Assembly: GCA_012837435.1 (NCBI GenBank)
Contig: DURD01000029.1
Coordinates: 1-55,881, forward strand
DNA: 55,881 nucleotides
Direction: 5' to 3'
DNA from: Erysipelotrichaceae bacterium
GTDB lineage: Bacteria > Bacillota_I > Bacilli_A > RFN20 > CAG-826
Position 1 is the stretch's first letter. Every line of letters starts with the position of its first letter. The notes under the pieces were generated by a model that was not told where the DNA came from, ran no database searches, and saw nothing but the letters and a program-made list of their open reading frames with translations. Shown piece after piece: positions 1 to 9,336 of the stretch. A program made the position numbers and the translations under genes.

Positions 1-75
1 ATCGATAGATAAAAGATAGCCCTTGAACTCTTCTTGGTTAAGAGGTTCAGATAAATGGAAGAGATAGTATTTCAC
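1..75 (-). CDS. Possible 5' end of a gene running off the window edge (GTG start, MKYYLFHLSEPLNQEEFKGYLLSID...)
   Basis: Open frame from GTG at 75 to the window edge; no recognisable motif. Confidence 0.3.
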   Translation of the reverse strand, partial: MKYYLFHLSEPLNQEEFKGYLLSID

Positions 76-223
76 AATACGTTAAAAATAACATATTTAT
101 CATATAAAAAACACAATTTTCACAGAAAAATTAGCATCTTTATAAGAAATAAAAATAATGAACATGAAAATAAGAAAAGGAAGAAATCGGCTTTTTCCCC
201 ACTTTTACAATCTAGTAAAGATT

Positions 224-2284
224 CTAGCTATTGAACTCTAATCTTTTGATGATATGGTTTTGGTAGACTAAATCTAATTCATTAAAATAGCCACTCCAGC
301 CCCATACTCTAACGATTAAGTTTTTATGATCTTCTGGATGTTTTTGAGCATCTAATAAAACATCGCGATTGATAGCGTTTAATTGCAATTGATGGCCCCC
401 GAGAGCAATGTATGTTTTGACGAGCATCGCTACTTTCTTTTCACCATCTTCGTTTCTAAATACAGTGTCATGAAATTCTAGAGTTAATGGACCACCATTG
501 CAAACATTTTGTAAATTTGGTTTGGTAAAAGAAGAAATAACTGAGAGAACACCATTAAAGTTGACGTTTAAACTCGGAGAATAATTTGCTGCGAAAGGCT
601 CGCCATTTTTTCTCCCATCAGCAGTAGCGCCAAGTTTCTCGGAATACCAAATGTAGTACATCGCTGTGCCTGTTCCTGCCCTATAACATCCACCTTTTGC
701 ATTTTTATATTTTGAGCATTCTAAAGAGAATTTATCTAATAATCTAACGGCAATATCATCAACATAGGCTTCATTATTACCCATTTTTGGAGAAGAAATT
801 AATTTCTTTTGTAAGGAAAGGTATCCTTCAAAATTATTGTCGATTGCCGTGAGCAATTCTTCTTTGGCAATATCCTTTTTCTCAAAGATGTGTTCTTTGA
901 TAGCCGCTAATGAATCCGAAGCGTTAGCAATACCGGCACCGTGAAATCCATAGTTATTATATTTTCCACCATCGGCAATATCTTTTTTATTATTAACGCA
1001 ATCTTTCATCAAAATAGATTGAAAAGGAGAAGGAATTAAGAAACAAGAGTGGTAAACGTTTGTCAAACGGAGTACTTCTTTTTCCATCTCTTTATTTACA
1101 ATTTCTTCAACTTCTTCATATGTCTGTGCATCCATAAAGGATTCGCTATGAATTGCTCTGTCTACTAATTCTGGAAAACTGAGAGCATCGACATTAGGAA
1201 TATCCATTCCCACTTTTGGAATGATGAATTCCCAGCAAGCCGCCATCACATAATCTCTAGCGTCTTCTAGTGAATATCCCAGTTTTAAAAGTGCTGGAAT
1301 AACGACATCGTCATTACTATATTGAGGAAAACCTAAACCTTTTTTTGTAAGTTTTGTGCCGAGTTCATACCACTTCATGTCAGTATTCTTATTAACCCGC
1401 ATATTGATTTTTGGATCTATTAAGTTCACTGTCAACGAGGCTTCTAAACATAATTTACTCAATTCGTTATAAGCATCGCTACCATCATTAGGCTTTACAC
1501 CCCCCAGGACCAACGATTGGCCATTATCGCCCTGTTGAACACCAGGATATAAATCGGCATCAAAGTTTAAAGAAATAAATAGTTCTTCTGTTAAATCAAG
1601 AGCTTCTTCATAGTTAAGAACACCTTCATCGATGTCTTTTTTGAAGAATGGATACATGTATTGATCAAATCTACCGATCGTATTGTGCTTGTTAGCGTTA
1701 ATCCAGAGCATGTAATTCATTATTCTGAAAAAGACTAGCGCTTCATGATAACTATTAGGTCTATTGTAAGGAACGTTCTCCAAAATTCTAGCCAATTTAA
1801 CATTGCCGACATTTAACGCTTCATCGTGATATTTTTGCACAATCTTGTAGGTAGCATAGATTGATTCTTGCATAGCCAACAATTCATCATTTTCTTTCGC
1901 AGTATTGTTCTCTTCTAGCTTTTCTTTAATTTCTTCAAGTCGCTTGTTGAAACCGACATTCAAAGTATATTCATAATCGCTAGAAATGTTACACACCAAA
2001 GCATTGTCAAAAATGCATTGGGTTTTTTCAATCTCTTTAATTTCTTCATCCGACAAAATGGATGGAATATGACGAATTGTGCGGTAAAAACCTATTCTTT
2101 CGTTTTCATAAACGATAGCCTTCTCATGCTCAACCATTTTCATTAAGCGACGAGAGACACGTAAAGGAAGAGAAATGTCTCTGTTTCCCACTATTGAAGA
2201 CACATCGATTTTTATGTCTCTTCTTAGTTTTCTATAATCTCTTTTTAACAATCTATCGTAACTTTCTTTAGTGATATAATTCAT
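224..2284 (-). CDS. Glycyl radical enzyme (PFL-like family), substrate unknown
   Basis: C-terminal glycyl loop RVWGWSGYF, Cys loop MAACWE, GRFDQY and GATADGR motifs; adjacent activase. Confidence 0.9.
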   Translation of the reverse strand: MNYITKESYDRLLKRDYRKLRRDIKIDVSSIVGNRDISLPLRVSRRLMKMVEHEKAIVYENERIGFYRTIRHIPSILSDEEIKEIEKTQCIFDNALVCNISSDYEYTLNVGFNKRLEEIKEKLEENNTAKENDELLAMQESIYATYKIVQKYHDEALNVGNVKLARILENVPYNRPNSYHEALVFFRIMNYMLWINANKHNTIGRFDQYMYPFFKKDIDEGVLNYEEALDLTEELFISLNFDADLYPGVQQGDNGQSLVLGGVKPNDGSDAYNELSKLCLEASLTVNLIDPKINMRVNKNTDMKWYELGTKLTKKGLGFPQYSNDDVVIPALLKLGYSLEDARDYVMAACWEFIIPKVGMDIPNVDALSFPELVDRAIHSESFMDAQTYEEVEEIVNKEMEKEVLRLTNVYHSCFLIPSPFQSILMKDCVNNKKDIADGGKYNNYGFHGAGIANASDSLAAIKEHIFEKKDIAKEELLTAIDNNFEGYLSLQKKLISSPKMGNNEAYVDDIAVRLLDKFSLECSKYKNAKGGCYRAGTGTAMYYIWYSEKLGATADGRKNGEPFAANYSPSLNVNFNGVLSVISSFTKPNLQNVCNGGPLTLEFHDTVFRNEDGEKKVAMLVKTYIALGGHQLQLNAINRDVLLDAQKHPEDHKNLIVRVWGWSGYFNELDLVYQNHIIKRLEFNS

Positions 2285-2295
2285 ATTCTTTTTCC

Positions 2296-3189
2296 CTATA
2301 AAACTCGAGCGCTGATGTTGGCTTCCTTAAATAAACCCAGTCTTGGATTTGACGGAACACTTTCATCAAATTTGGGTTTGTATTCTTTTCCGGCCATTTT
2401 ATATTTGGCTCCTGCATATTTATTGTATGGGAGAAGTTCAACCATACGCAAATTCGAATAATCTTTTATTTTGGAAATAATGGCATTGATATTCTCTTCT
2501 GTGTCAACAACGCCTGGAATAAGAGGAATGCGAACAATAAAAGGAATGTCGGTTGTGCCTAGGTATTTCAAATTCTCTAAAATGAGTTCATTATTAATCC
2601 CTTCGTATTCTTTGGCTTTTTCTTTATCCATAATCTTCATATCGAAGAGAACTAAATCCATTTGATTGACAATCTCCTTAAAATGTTCTCTTGGTGCATA
2701 GCCAGAAGTTTGAAGGGCTAAATGAATCTTATTCTTTAGAAGTGAGACGGTTTCTTTTAAACCTTCATATTGCGCTAAAGGCTCTCCACCAGAAAAAGTA
2801 ATACCGCCGTTATTGAAAGAAAGAATGTCTTTATTTTTCAACAAAATATCAACTAGTTGCTGTGGTTCATAATCAATGGCAGCAAATCTGATGAGGTTTC
2901 TCGGACAAACGTCAATGCATTTTCCACAAGCAACGCAATTTTCTCTACGAGTAGGACAAACGTCAAAACAAGCACCACATTCCAAGCAGCCATTAGGACT
3001 TCTCAATGTATAATTTTTAAAATCCTGCCCTTCTGGTGAATGACACCAATTACATCTTAACGGGCAACCCTTTAAAAAAACTGTTGTCCTAATCCCAGGA
3101 CCATCGTAGACCGAGAATTCTTCGATAGAAAACACACGAACTTTCATATTTTTCATCGGCATTTTAATATTAGACCTCTTTTTTTGCAA
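2296..3189 (-). CDS. Glycyl-radical activating enzyme (radical SAM) with ferredoxin-like insertion
   Basis: DGPGIRTTVFLKGCPLRCNWC (CxxxCxxC), two CxxCxxCxxxC motifs, GGITFSGGEPL; true start probably a later Met. Confidence 0.92.
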   Translation of the reverse strand: MQKKRSNIKMPMKNMKVRVFSIEEFSVYDGPGIRTTVFLKGCPLRCNWCHSPEGQDFKNYTLRSPNGCLECGACFDVCPTRRENCVACGKCIDVCPRNLIRFAAIDYEPQQLVDILLKNKDILSFNNGGITFSGGEPLAQYEGLKETVSLLKNKIHLALQTSGYAPREHFKEIVNQMDLVLFDMKIMDKEKAKEYEGINNELILENLKYLGTTDIPFIVRIPLIPGVVDTEENINAIISKIKDYSNLRMVELLPYNKYAGAKYKMAGKEYKPKFDESVPSNPRLGLFKEANISARVL

Positions 3190-3401
3190 CAGATATACTT
3201 TTTTTTACAAATCAGTAAAAAACTAAAATAGTATCCAAAAAATTTTTGGACTACCCTATCCAACAAATAAAGAGATCTTGCTTTTGATGAAGAGTTCGAC
3301 ACATCAAACACTACTTTTGTTTAGTATTTAATGTGCATTTTAATGTTTTGTTTAATCAATGAAACTTTTTAGTTTTTCATTTATACATGTTCAATCGGTG
3401 A

Positions 3402-3746
3402 TTATTTTTCCAAATTTTCAGCTTCAGAAATGATTTTGTTCAACCGATCAATTTTTGGGCTGGAATAGATACCTTTACTAGTTTCTGTGTCCTTGCAGTA
3501 TCTAATGCCGTCTTTGTCGAGAACTAAAATGTTACTGTTGTATCCAGGTAACGTTTTCAAAACGGCAGTAATTGAAACAGAACTTCTTTGAACTTCATAA
3601 CCGTACTTAGAAAGTATCTTTTCAATAGAATCGAGCGAAGCATGTGTGTAAGCTTCGATGATTTCTTGCCTGTCAGCATAACCCATATAGAACTCCTCCT
3701 TGTCTCCTTTTTCTATTCCATCACTATCAGTGGTGTTCATACACAT
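3402..3746 (-). CDS. Hypothetical protein
   Basis: 114-aa ORF with GAGGT upstream; no recognised motif. Confidence 0.5.
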   Translation of the reverse strand: MCMNTTDSDGIEKGDKEEFYMGYADRQEIIEAYTHASLDSIEKILSKYGYEVQRSSVSITAVLKTLPGYNSNILVLDKDGIRYCKDTETSKGIYSSPKIDRLNKIISEAENLEK

Positions 3747-3835
3747 TGTACCTTTTTACCTCTCTTTTAAATGATATAACAATCATTTTTATAACATTTT
3801 TACAACTTTTTTACTTGATGTTTTAACTTCAAATA

Positions 3836-3886
3836 AAAACTCGCCTTTGTCACTGAAATTTTAGCGATAATTGGCGAGTAATTTTT
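3836..3886 (-). terminator. Hairpin/terminator downstream of the tRNA-Asn/tRNA-Glu pair
   Basis: actcgcc...ggcgagt stem flanked by A/T runs. Confidence 0.55.
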
Positions 3887-3889
3887 ATA

Positions 3890-3966
3890 TGGCGACCTAT
3901 ACGGGATTCGAACCCATGAATGCATGCGTGAAAGGCATGTGAGTTAAACCACTTCTCCAATAGGCC
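3890..3966 (-). tRNA. tRNA-Glu(TTC)
   Basis: GGCCTAT/ATAGGTC acceptor stem, TTC anticodon, GTTCGAATC T-loop, CCA. Confidence 0.95.
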
Positions 3967-3972
3967 ACATCG

Positions 3973-4048
3973 TGGCGCCTACCGTAGGACTCGAACCTAC
4001 GACCGATCGGTTAACAGCCGATAGCTCTACCGACTGAGCTAGGTAGGC
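3973..4048 (-). tRNA. tRNA-Asn(GTT)
   Basis: GCCTACC/GGTAGGC stem, CTGTTAA anticodon loop, CCA. Confidence 0.95.
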
Positions 4049-4118
4049 AGTAGCAACCACGCTCCTCGAGCGCGGATTAAATATTATCATGCGCTTGCAC
4101 CAAAGACAAGACAATTTA

Positions 4119-4340
4119 TTATTTCTTCGACTCGATCAAATCAACGAGATCTTTGACAGTTTTTAGATTGACAATTTCATCGCTGGAGAATTCAACTTTT
4201 AGAACTTCTTCGATTTTTAACATCGCTTCCACTAGATCGAGAGAATCTAAACCAATATCCACAAGATTGTCCTCGTAACTTATCGAATTAACATCAACGC
4301 GATCCTTTATAGCTTCTTTAACAATTTCTACTGATTTCAT
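4119..4340 (-). CDS. acpP: Acyl carrier protein
   Basis: 73-aa acidic protein with GLDSLD phosphopantetheine site. Confidence 0.9.
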   Translation of the reverse strand: MKSVEIVKEAIKDRVDVNSISYEDNLVDIGLDSLDLVEAMLKIEEVLKVEFSSDEIVNLKTVKDLVDLIESKK

Positions 4341-4380
4341 AACTCCTTTATTCTATACAATAAATGTTTTTCATTCAACA

Positions 4381-4405
4381 GAAAACGGCCCTTTTTGGAG
4401 CCGTT
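4381..4405 (-). terminator. Rho-independent terminator ending the Tad-like operon
   Basis: Minus strand AACGGCTC-CAAAAA-GGGCCGTT followed by TTCT. Confidence 0.55.
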
Positions 4406-4425
4406 AACCTTTTTGAAAACCATAG

Positions 4426-4569
4426 TTATATGCTACTAACTATTTTCGCGACTTCGCTCGAAACAGAATTTGTCAAGTTAGTAAACACTGTTGTCAAACT
4501 AGCGGCGACGATACCAAACACCATGATAACTAAGATGATACCTAATAACTGCCCTTTAATTTCAGACAT
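4426..4569 (-). CDS. Small Flp-like pilin candidate, 47 aa, not in the ORF track
   Basis: MSEIKGQLLGIILVIMVFGIVAASLTTVFTNLTNSVSSEVAKIVSSI*; strong RBS AAGGAGG; KG/Q then hydrophobic helix; last gene of the Tad-like operon. Confidence 0.7.
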   Translation of the reverse strand: MSEIKGQLLGIILVIMVFGIVAASLTTVFTNLTNSVSSEVAKIVSSI

Positions 4570-4583
4570 AACCTTCCTCCTTT

Positions 4584-4925
4584 CTATCCATAAAAACCGA
4601 TGATGGTCATTCTTTGCACCGCAATCGTCATTTCATTTTTATCGATAACCATGGGATGGAATTTGCTCGTGATAATGTAAGTAATCTTTTGGCCAAATGT
4701 CGGAGCGGGATATTCATCGCAAATAAATTCCACATGAAAAGTACTTTCAATTTCCTCGATAAATTCTTGATTAATAACTCCGTTTCTCGATATTAAATAG
4801 GAGATGTTATTAGCTTTAGCGTCTAAAGCGCTGTAGGCAGACTGCAAACACAAAAGGTCGACACCAAAAAGGAAAAATAAAGAAATAAAGATCATCGATA
4901 AAACAAGACTAATTTTATATGACAT
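4584..4925 (-). CDS. TadE-like/minor pilin-like membrane protein
   Basis: N-terminal hydrophobic helix, 113 aa, position in Tad-like operon. Confidence 0.5.
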   Translation of the reverse strand: MSYKISLVLSMIFISLFFLFGVDLLCLQSAYSALDAKANNISYLISRNGVINQEFIEEIESTFHVEFICDEYPAPTFGQKITYIITSKFHPMVIDKNEMTIAVQRMTIIGFYG

Positions 4926-5580
4926 TAACGAGCTCTCCTAAAACCGATAATATGGAAATCGTTAAAGAAATAGTAATGAGACCCGCTCCTACGAGAGGAA
5001 AGGTTGACATATTAGTTAACGATTTTTCTTTTTGTTCCATCATTTCTTTGTCGCGATTTTTAGCTAGTTCATCAAATGTCGCATTAAACTGATTTAATTG
5101 AGAACTATTTTCCCCTTGGTCGACCATTTGATAAATCGAAAGCATCAAGCTAGAAAAGGCTACTTGTTGAAAATTTTTGGCAAAATTGACGAAGGGTTGA
5201 ACTGATTTATCTTTATCTATTTCTTTGAGCATATTTTCAATTTTTTCTTTCATCCAGAGCGAACAATATGGTAAGAGCAAATTAAAAGATTGATAGACAT
5301 TATTTTTGTTTTCGATATAGACTTCGAAATAAGAAATAATTGTCACTAATTCGTTTTCTCTTTCTTTCAGAATGATGTTCTTTTTGTCTTGATAACTGGT
5401 CAGCAAATAATAATCTAATAGAAATAGCCCTAGAATAGCGATGATGGCCCACACAATTTGGTCTAGCAAAAAGAAGAGTACTGCCGCAAGAGCAAATCCA
5501 ATAATATTGATTATCGTGATTTTTATTATTTCCGTCTGATAAGACAAACCGACAAAATTAATAGTTTCCTTAATTTTCAT
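4915..5580 (-). CDS. TadC-like (T2SS F-family) membrane platform protein
   Basis: Two N-terminal TMs, helical domain, C-terminal TM; follows TadA/TadB-like genes. Confidence 0.55.
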   Translation of the reverse strand: MKIKETINFVGLSYQTEIIKITIINIIGFALAAVLFFLLDQIVWAIIAILGLFLLDYYLLTSYQDKKNIILKERENELVTIISYFEVYIENKNNVYQSFNLLLPYCSLWMKEKIENMLKEIDKDKSVQPFVNFAKNFQQVAFSSLMLSIYQMVDQGENSSQLNQFNATFDELAKNRDKEMMEQKEKSLTNMSTFPLVGAGLITISLTISILSVLGELVNVI

Positions 5581-6277
5581 GTTCTTTCCATCCTTCTAAA
5601 TTGATCTGAGTAATTCTTTTAACCATCACATAGATGGAAAAAATAACAAAAATAAAAATAATGACGATGGAGCTTTGAAAGACCACTGTTTTGCTAATAT
5701 AGTGATAAAACTGCGAAAGCGCAAAACGCAGAGAGGCTAAAATGCCTAGGGCAATACTCCACAAAACTACGAATTCGATGACTTTTGAACGAGAAACATT
5801 TTGACAATATAGGACATATTGTTCTTTTAGTCGCACTTGATTGACGAGATGTTTACTCATCACGAGAATATCCCCTCCTTGTTCGTTCCATAACGTCACG
5901 ATATCCAAAAACAAATGATATAAATCAAAGGTGAAATATTTCTTTAAGTAAGACAACTTTTCTTGTTCATTCATTTCTTTTATCGAGTCAATGACTTCTT
6001 TGGTTTCACTATCCGCGGTTTCGTAACCGCTTTGCATCGCTGCGTTTAAAGAACCTCTAACGCTTAAAGTAATTAAAAAGTTATTAATGAATTGATAACA
6101 CTGATGGTAGCGACGGATTTTATTTTGGTATTTGTTGATTTGCCTTCTCACGAAGAAAACAAAAAATGATATAGTCAACGTAAAAATCAATAAGGTGGAT
6201 ATTAAGTTTTCACTCGTGATATAAATAGCGCCGGCAAAGGCAAAAGCAACAATTAGACCAATTAACACTAAGTTCAT
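5570..6277 (-). CDS. TadB-like (T2SS F-family) membrane platform protein
   Basis: TM topology, GSL..AM and EQGGD segments; directly after CpaF-like ATPase. Confidence 0.6.
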   Translation of the reverse strand: MNLVLIGLIVAFAFAGAIYITSENLISTLLIFTLTISFFVFFVRRQINKYQNKIRRYHQCYQFINNFLITLSVRGSLNAAMQSGYETADSETKEVIDSIKEMNEQEKLSYLKKYFTFDLYHLFLDIVTLWNEQGGDILVMSKHLVNQVRLKEQYVLYCQNVSRSKVIEFVVLWSIALGILASLRFALSQFYHYISKTVVFQSSIVIIFIFVIFSIYVMVKRITQINLEGWKEHEN

Positions 6278-6279
6278 TT

Positions 6280-7332
6280 TTATCCTCCTATAAACGTTTT
6301 TTTGAAAAGTAGGCTCGCTTGAGATAAGTCTAATAATTGCAAGGCGGCCTTTGGTAACTTTCCATAACTCTTGGTAAGTCCATCGCTACCATATATTTCT
6401 TCCATGCCCTTCTGATCGAAATAGGCGATGGATGAAATGTATCTTTGAACCAATCCACTAGTGGTATATTTCCTCTTCAGGTAGATGTAAAAACGCAGGT
6501 TATGCGAAATATCTCGATAGACGTCATCGAAGCGTAATTTTTGAGGATTCATCATAATCATTCTCGCCATGCGGTTTGGCATGTTGTAGATATCAAGAGC
6601 GTGAATCGTAGTAATGATGGGATGACCAGTTAAAGAAGAATTCAAAACTTCGAGCATTTCTTCACCGCGTGCTTCCGCCACAATGAGCCAATCAGGATTA
6701 CTTCTCAAAGCAGTTTTAACCAACTTTCTGATAGAAACTTGCTCGCGATTTTCATCGGCTTGCCAGATATTTAAATCGAGTTGATTTTCTAAAGACAATT
6801 GATCTAACTCTAATATGTTATCGATGACGATAACGCGAGAATTTTCACTCATCCTCGTCAACAGATATTTTTGTAATTCCGTCTTTCCACTTCCCGTTAT
6901 TCCTCCGATAACTAAAGACACTTGAGAATAAATTAAAACATCTAATAAGTCCCTAATTTCTTGGCCTAGAAAACGATCGTCTTGTCCAATTTTTAAAGTG
7001 GTTGAAGACAAACGGATAGAAAAACAGACGCTTTCAATGTTGTTTTTGCGACAAACACTTTGGTGTAAAGCATTGATGCGATATCGCCCAAACGAAATAT
7101 CTAATTCGGGATTTTGATAAGAAAATTGTTTTTCCGCCAGATTAGCTATTTGCCGAATAAAATCTTTAGCGGTTTGATAATTGATCTTTATATCGCTCTT
7201 TAATCTTCCGTAGTTATTGTTCAAATAAAAAATATCTTCCCCATTATAAGAAATATCGGTGATATCACTATTTTTAACTAGGGGTGACAAGAAGGAATTT
7301 TCCAGATAATCAATTAACCTATTTACTTCCAT
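6280..7332 (-). CDS. CpaF/TadA/VirB11-family secretion ATPase
   Basis: Walker A GITGSGKT, ALRSNPDWLIVAEARG, TGHPIITTIHA, DITDISYNG. Confidence 0.9.
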   Translation of the reverse strand: MEVNRLIDYLENSFLSPLVKNSDITDISYNGEDIFYLNNNYGRLKSDIKINYQTAKDFIRQIANLAEKQFSYQNPELDISFGRYRINALHQSVCRKNNIESVCFSIRLSSTTLKIGQDDRFLGQEIRDLLDVLIYSQVSLVIGGITGSGKTELQKYLLTRMSENSRVIVIDNILELDQLSLENQLDLNIWQADENREQVSIRKLVKTALRSNPDWLIVAEARGEEMLEVLNSSLTGHPIITTIHALDIYNMPNRMARMIMMNPQKLRFDDVYRDISHNLRFYIYLKRKYTTSGLVQRYISSIAYFDQKGMEEIYGSDGLTKSYGKLPKAALQLLDLSQASLLFKKTFIGG

Positions 7333-7718
7333 TATTGACTCCTGATTTCGTAGTACATTGATCTTTGATAATGAAAAGAAAAAGTTAACGTTGCTTCGAC
7401 TAGTATTTCCGTGGCTTCTGGCTTATCAGAAAGGCAAATGGAATAATCTTCTTGATTGTAATAGGAAATGGTAACCGAATAATCTTTGCTATAACGAGGT
7501 AGGGAGTAGTCAAAATATGAATGAATATTGTCCTCTAATATTTCTTTATCGAAATAAGGATTTTCTCCTGTGGAAAGGTTATAAAGAACTACCGCAGTTT
7601 CAAAAAGCGCTAAAGGTGTAGATAAAACTAAGCGATTGATACCATTTAGTTGATAAGAAATCGTACAAAAGTTACATGACATCACGACAACAAATAAGGA
7701 AATAAACATTAAAAACAT
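7332..7718 (-). CDS. Membrane-anchored minor pilin-like protein
   Basis: Start moved to ATG 7718 (AGGAGG RBS, TAATG overlap with upstream stop); N-terminal hydrophobic segment. Confidence 0.5.
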   Translation of the reverse strand: MFLMFISLFVVVMSCNFCTISYQLNGINRLVLSTPLALFETAVVLYNLSTGENPYFDKEILEDNIHSYFDYSLPRYSKDYSVTISYYNQEDYSICLSDKPEATEILVEATLTFSFHYQRSMYYEIRSQ

Positions 7719-8839
7719 TACTTCGTTCCTCCTACTAGGCAATGTTCTGCGTCATGACATAAACCCATCAATGATTTGCTGACATCATATTTAACTGCGA
7801 TGGTCGTCGACATTTTATCTGCACCTAAATCTTCAATATCGATAAATAAGTTTTTATCGTTAAAAATCTTCTTGCCATTTATCGGCAGATAAAAATCAGA
7901 AGTTAAGGCATAGCCTACTTGATAGGTTTCACTAATTTGTAGCGTTCTTTTGTTGACATAAAACTTGTCTTTAAATGCGAAGGAAACTGCTCCTTGTTTA
8001 TTCTCTAAAACTAAAGGAAGATTTATATCATTATGTAAATCATGATTGACATACGGAAATAGATTTTCTTTATCGTTAAAACGCAAATTAATATTTTTGT
8101 ACTCTAAAGGAAATAAACTTTCATAACGAAATTTAACGTTTTTTAAACTGAGTCTATAGTAATAATCGACATCTAAATAATCACCAATCTCACGAAAATC
8201 GATGGTTTCATAAATGCCCTTTAATGAAGTCCCATCGGCATAAAAACCTAAGTTTTGACTGACGTACGGATTTTGTTTTAATGTTTGATAATTAACGTAC
8301 TGATGTTTAGGCGGATAAAATTTCGCTTCGTGACCTTTTAAAATATAATTGCCGCTACTTTTCAATATTTCAAATTTTATTGTTAAACCTTTTTCTGTGA
8401 AAAAACTGCTGATAGGGACATTAAAAGAAACGTTATTTAAACTGTTGTTAGCGTATTCTTTGATGGCTTTAGTTTCAGCGTGCACCACTTCGTTATTACC
8501 ATCTAATAAACGCAACCTTTCTTTTATAGACTGATTGGAAATGTTCAATCGATAGTTGAAAGATACCGAAAAATCCTCATCGCCGACATGGTAAGGACCA
8601 TAGATTCCAGCTGTAGAAATGTAATCTGAATAAGTGTTGTTTGAGGAAGAGGAAGAAATCGAGGAAGATGGTTGCTTAGAAGAACTTGAAGCAGATGATG
8701 AACTAAAAGAAATTGGAGGAAAGGAAAGAGAGCCGCTGGGATTATTGGGATCGACAATAATTATCGGTGAACCAATTTTATTGACTGAATAAACACTAGG
8801 CAGTATAAACGCCAAAATTATTAAAGGTAATTTAGCCAT
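7718..8839 (-). CDS. Secreted/surface hypothetical protein with Ser-rich linker
   Basis: Signal-peptide-like N-terminus, poly-Ser tract. Confidence 0.6.
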   Translation of the reverse strand: MAKLPLIILAFILPSVYSVNKIGSPIIIVDPNNPSGSLSFPPISFSSSSASSSSKQPSSSISSSSSNNTYSDYISTAGIYGPYHVGDEDFSVSFNYRLNISNQSIKERLRLLDGNNEVVHAETKAIKEYANNSLNNVSFNVPISSFFTEKGLTIKFEILKSSGNYILKGHEAKFYPPKHQYVNYQTLKQNPYVSQNLGFYADGTSLKGIYETIDFREIGDYLDVDYYYRLSLKNVKFRYESLFPLEYKNINLRFNDKENLFPYVNHDLHNDINLPLVLENKQGAVSFAFKDKFYVNKRTLQISETYQVGYALTSDFYLPINGKKIFNDKNLFIDIEDLGADKMSTTIAVKYDVSKSLMGLCHDAEHCLVGGTK

Positions 8840-9164
8840 TATAAAACGCTCCTAAAAAGCTTAGCATCGCTTGCTTTTTATACCGATAGAAACTCGCTTT
8901 TGTGTAAATAGGTTTCCACCAATCTTCATAGTTTTGAAAGAAAAACTCGCTATTAATGAGAATTTTTTCTTTGTCGTTGAGAGATTCGAAAGCATTTAAA
9001 ACTTTGAAGAGATAAATGCGATAAGAACCTTCGCCGCAATATTCATTCTCTCCTAGAGATTGTTCACTTTTTAATTGATGGAGTCTCCGCGCTAAAAAGT
9101 AGCGCTGTGCTATCATTTCCGTCATGGCGTTTAAATCTTTGAAACTCTTCTTATCAAATGTCAC
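8832..9164 (-). CDS. Small sigma-region-4/ArpU-like protein (resembles Mollicutes MG284/MPN403-type)
   Basis: LNDKEKILI...WW..YTKASFYRYKKQA C-terminal HTH-like pattern; GTG start. Confidence 0.5.
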   Translation of the reverse strand: MTFDKKSFKDLNAMTEMIAQRYFLARRLHQLKSEQSLGENEYCGEGSYRIYLFKVLNAFESLNDKEKILINSEFFFQNYEDWWKPIYTKASFYRYKKQAMLSFLGAFYNG

Positions 9165-9336
9165 TACAAACCCTCTAATAAAGAAGTAGGGATTATTTTT
9201 GTGTTTTGTCCAAAAAACAAGTTAAATGCTAGGCAAAAAACCTGGGTTTACACAATAAGAGCGAATTATGAAGAAAACTCTTATAATAAATATCGTTTTT
9301 ATATACAATAGATTAAAATCAAGAATTGGAAGAAGT

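Noticed and set aside
224-2284. Calling the GRE pflB
   Set aside because: Lacks the PFL Cys-Cys pair, and the activase has a ferredoxin insertion
4364-4603. 79-aa plus-strand ORF
   Set aside because: Antisense to the Flp-like ORF, which has the RBS and operon context
9165-9215. Alternative-sigma promoter (CTACTTCTT) before the Tad operon, loosely like TACTCTT before the ECF gene
   Set aside because: Too short and AT-rich to support from two instances
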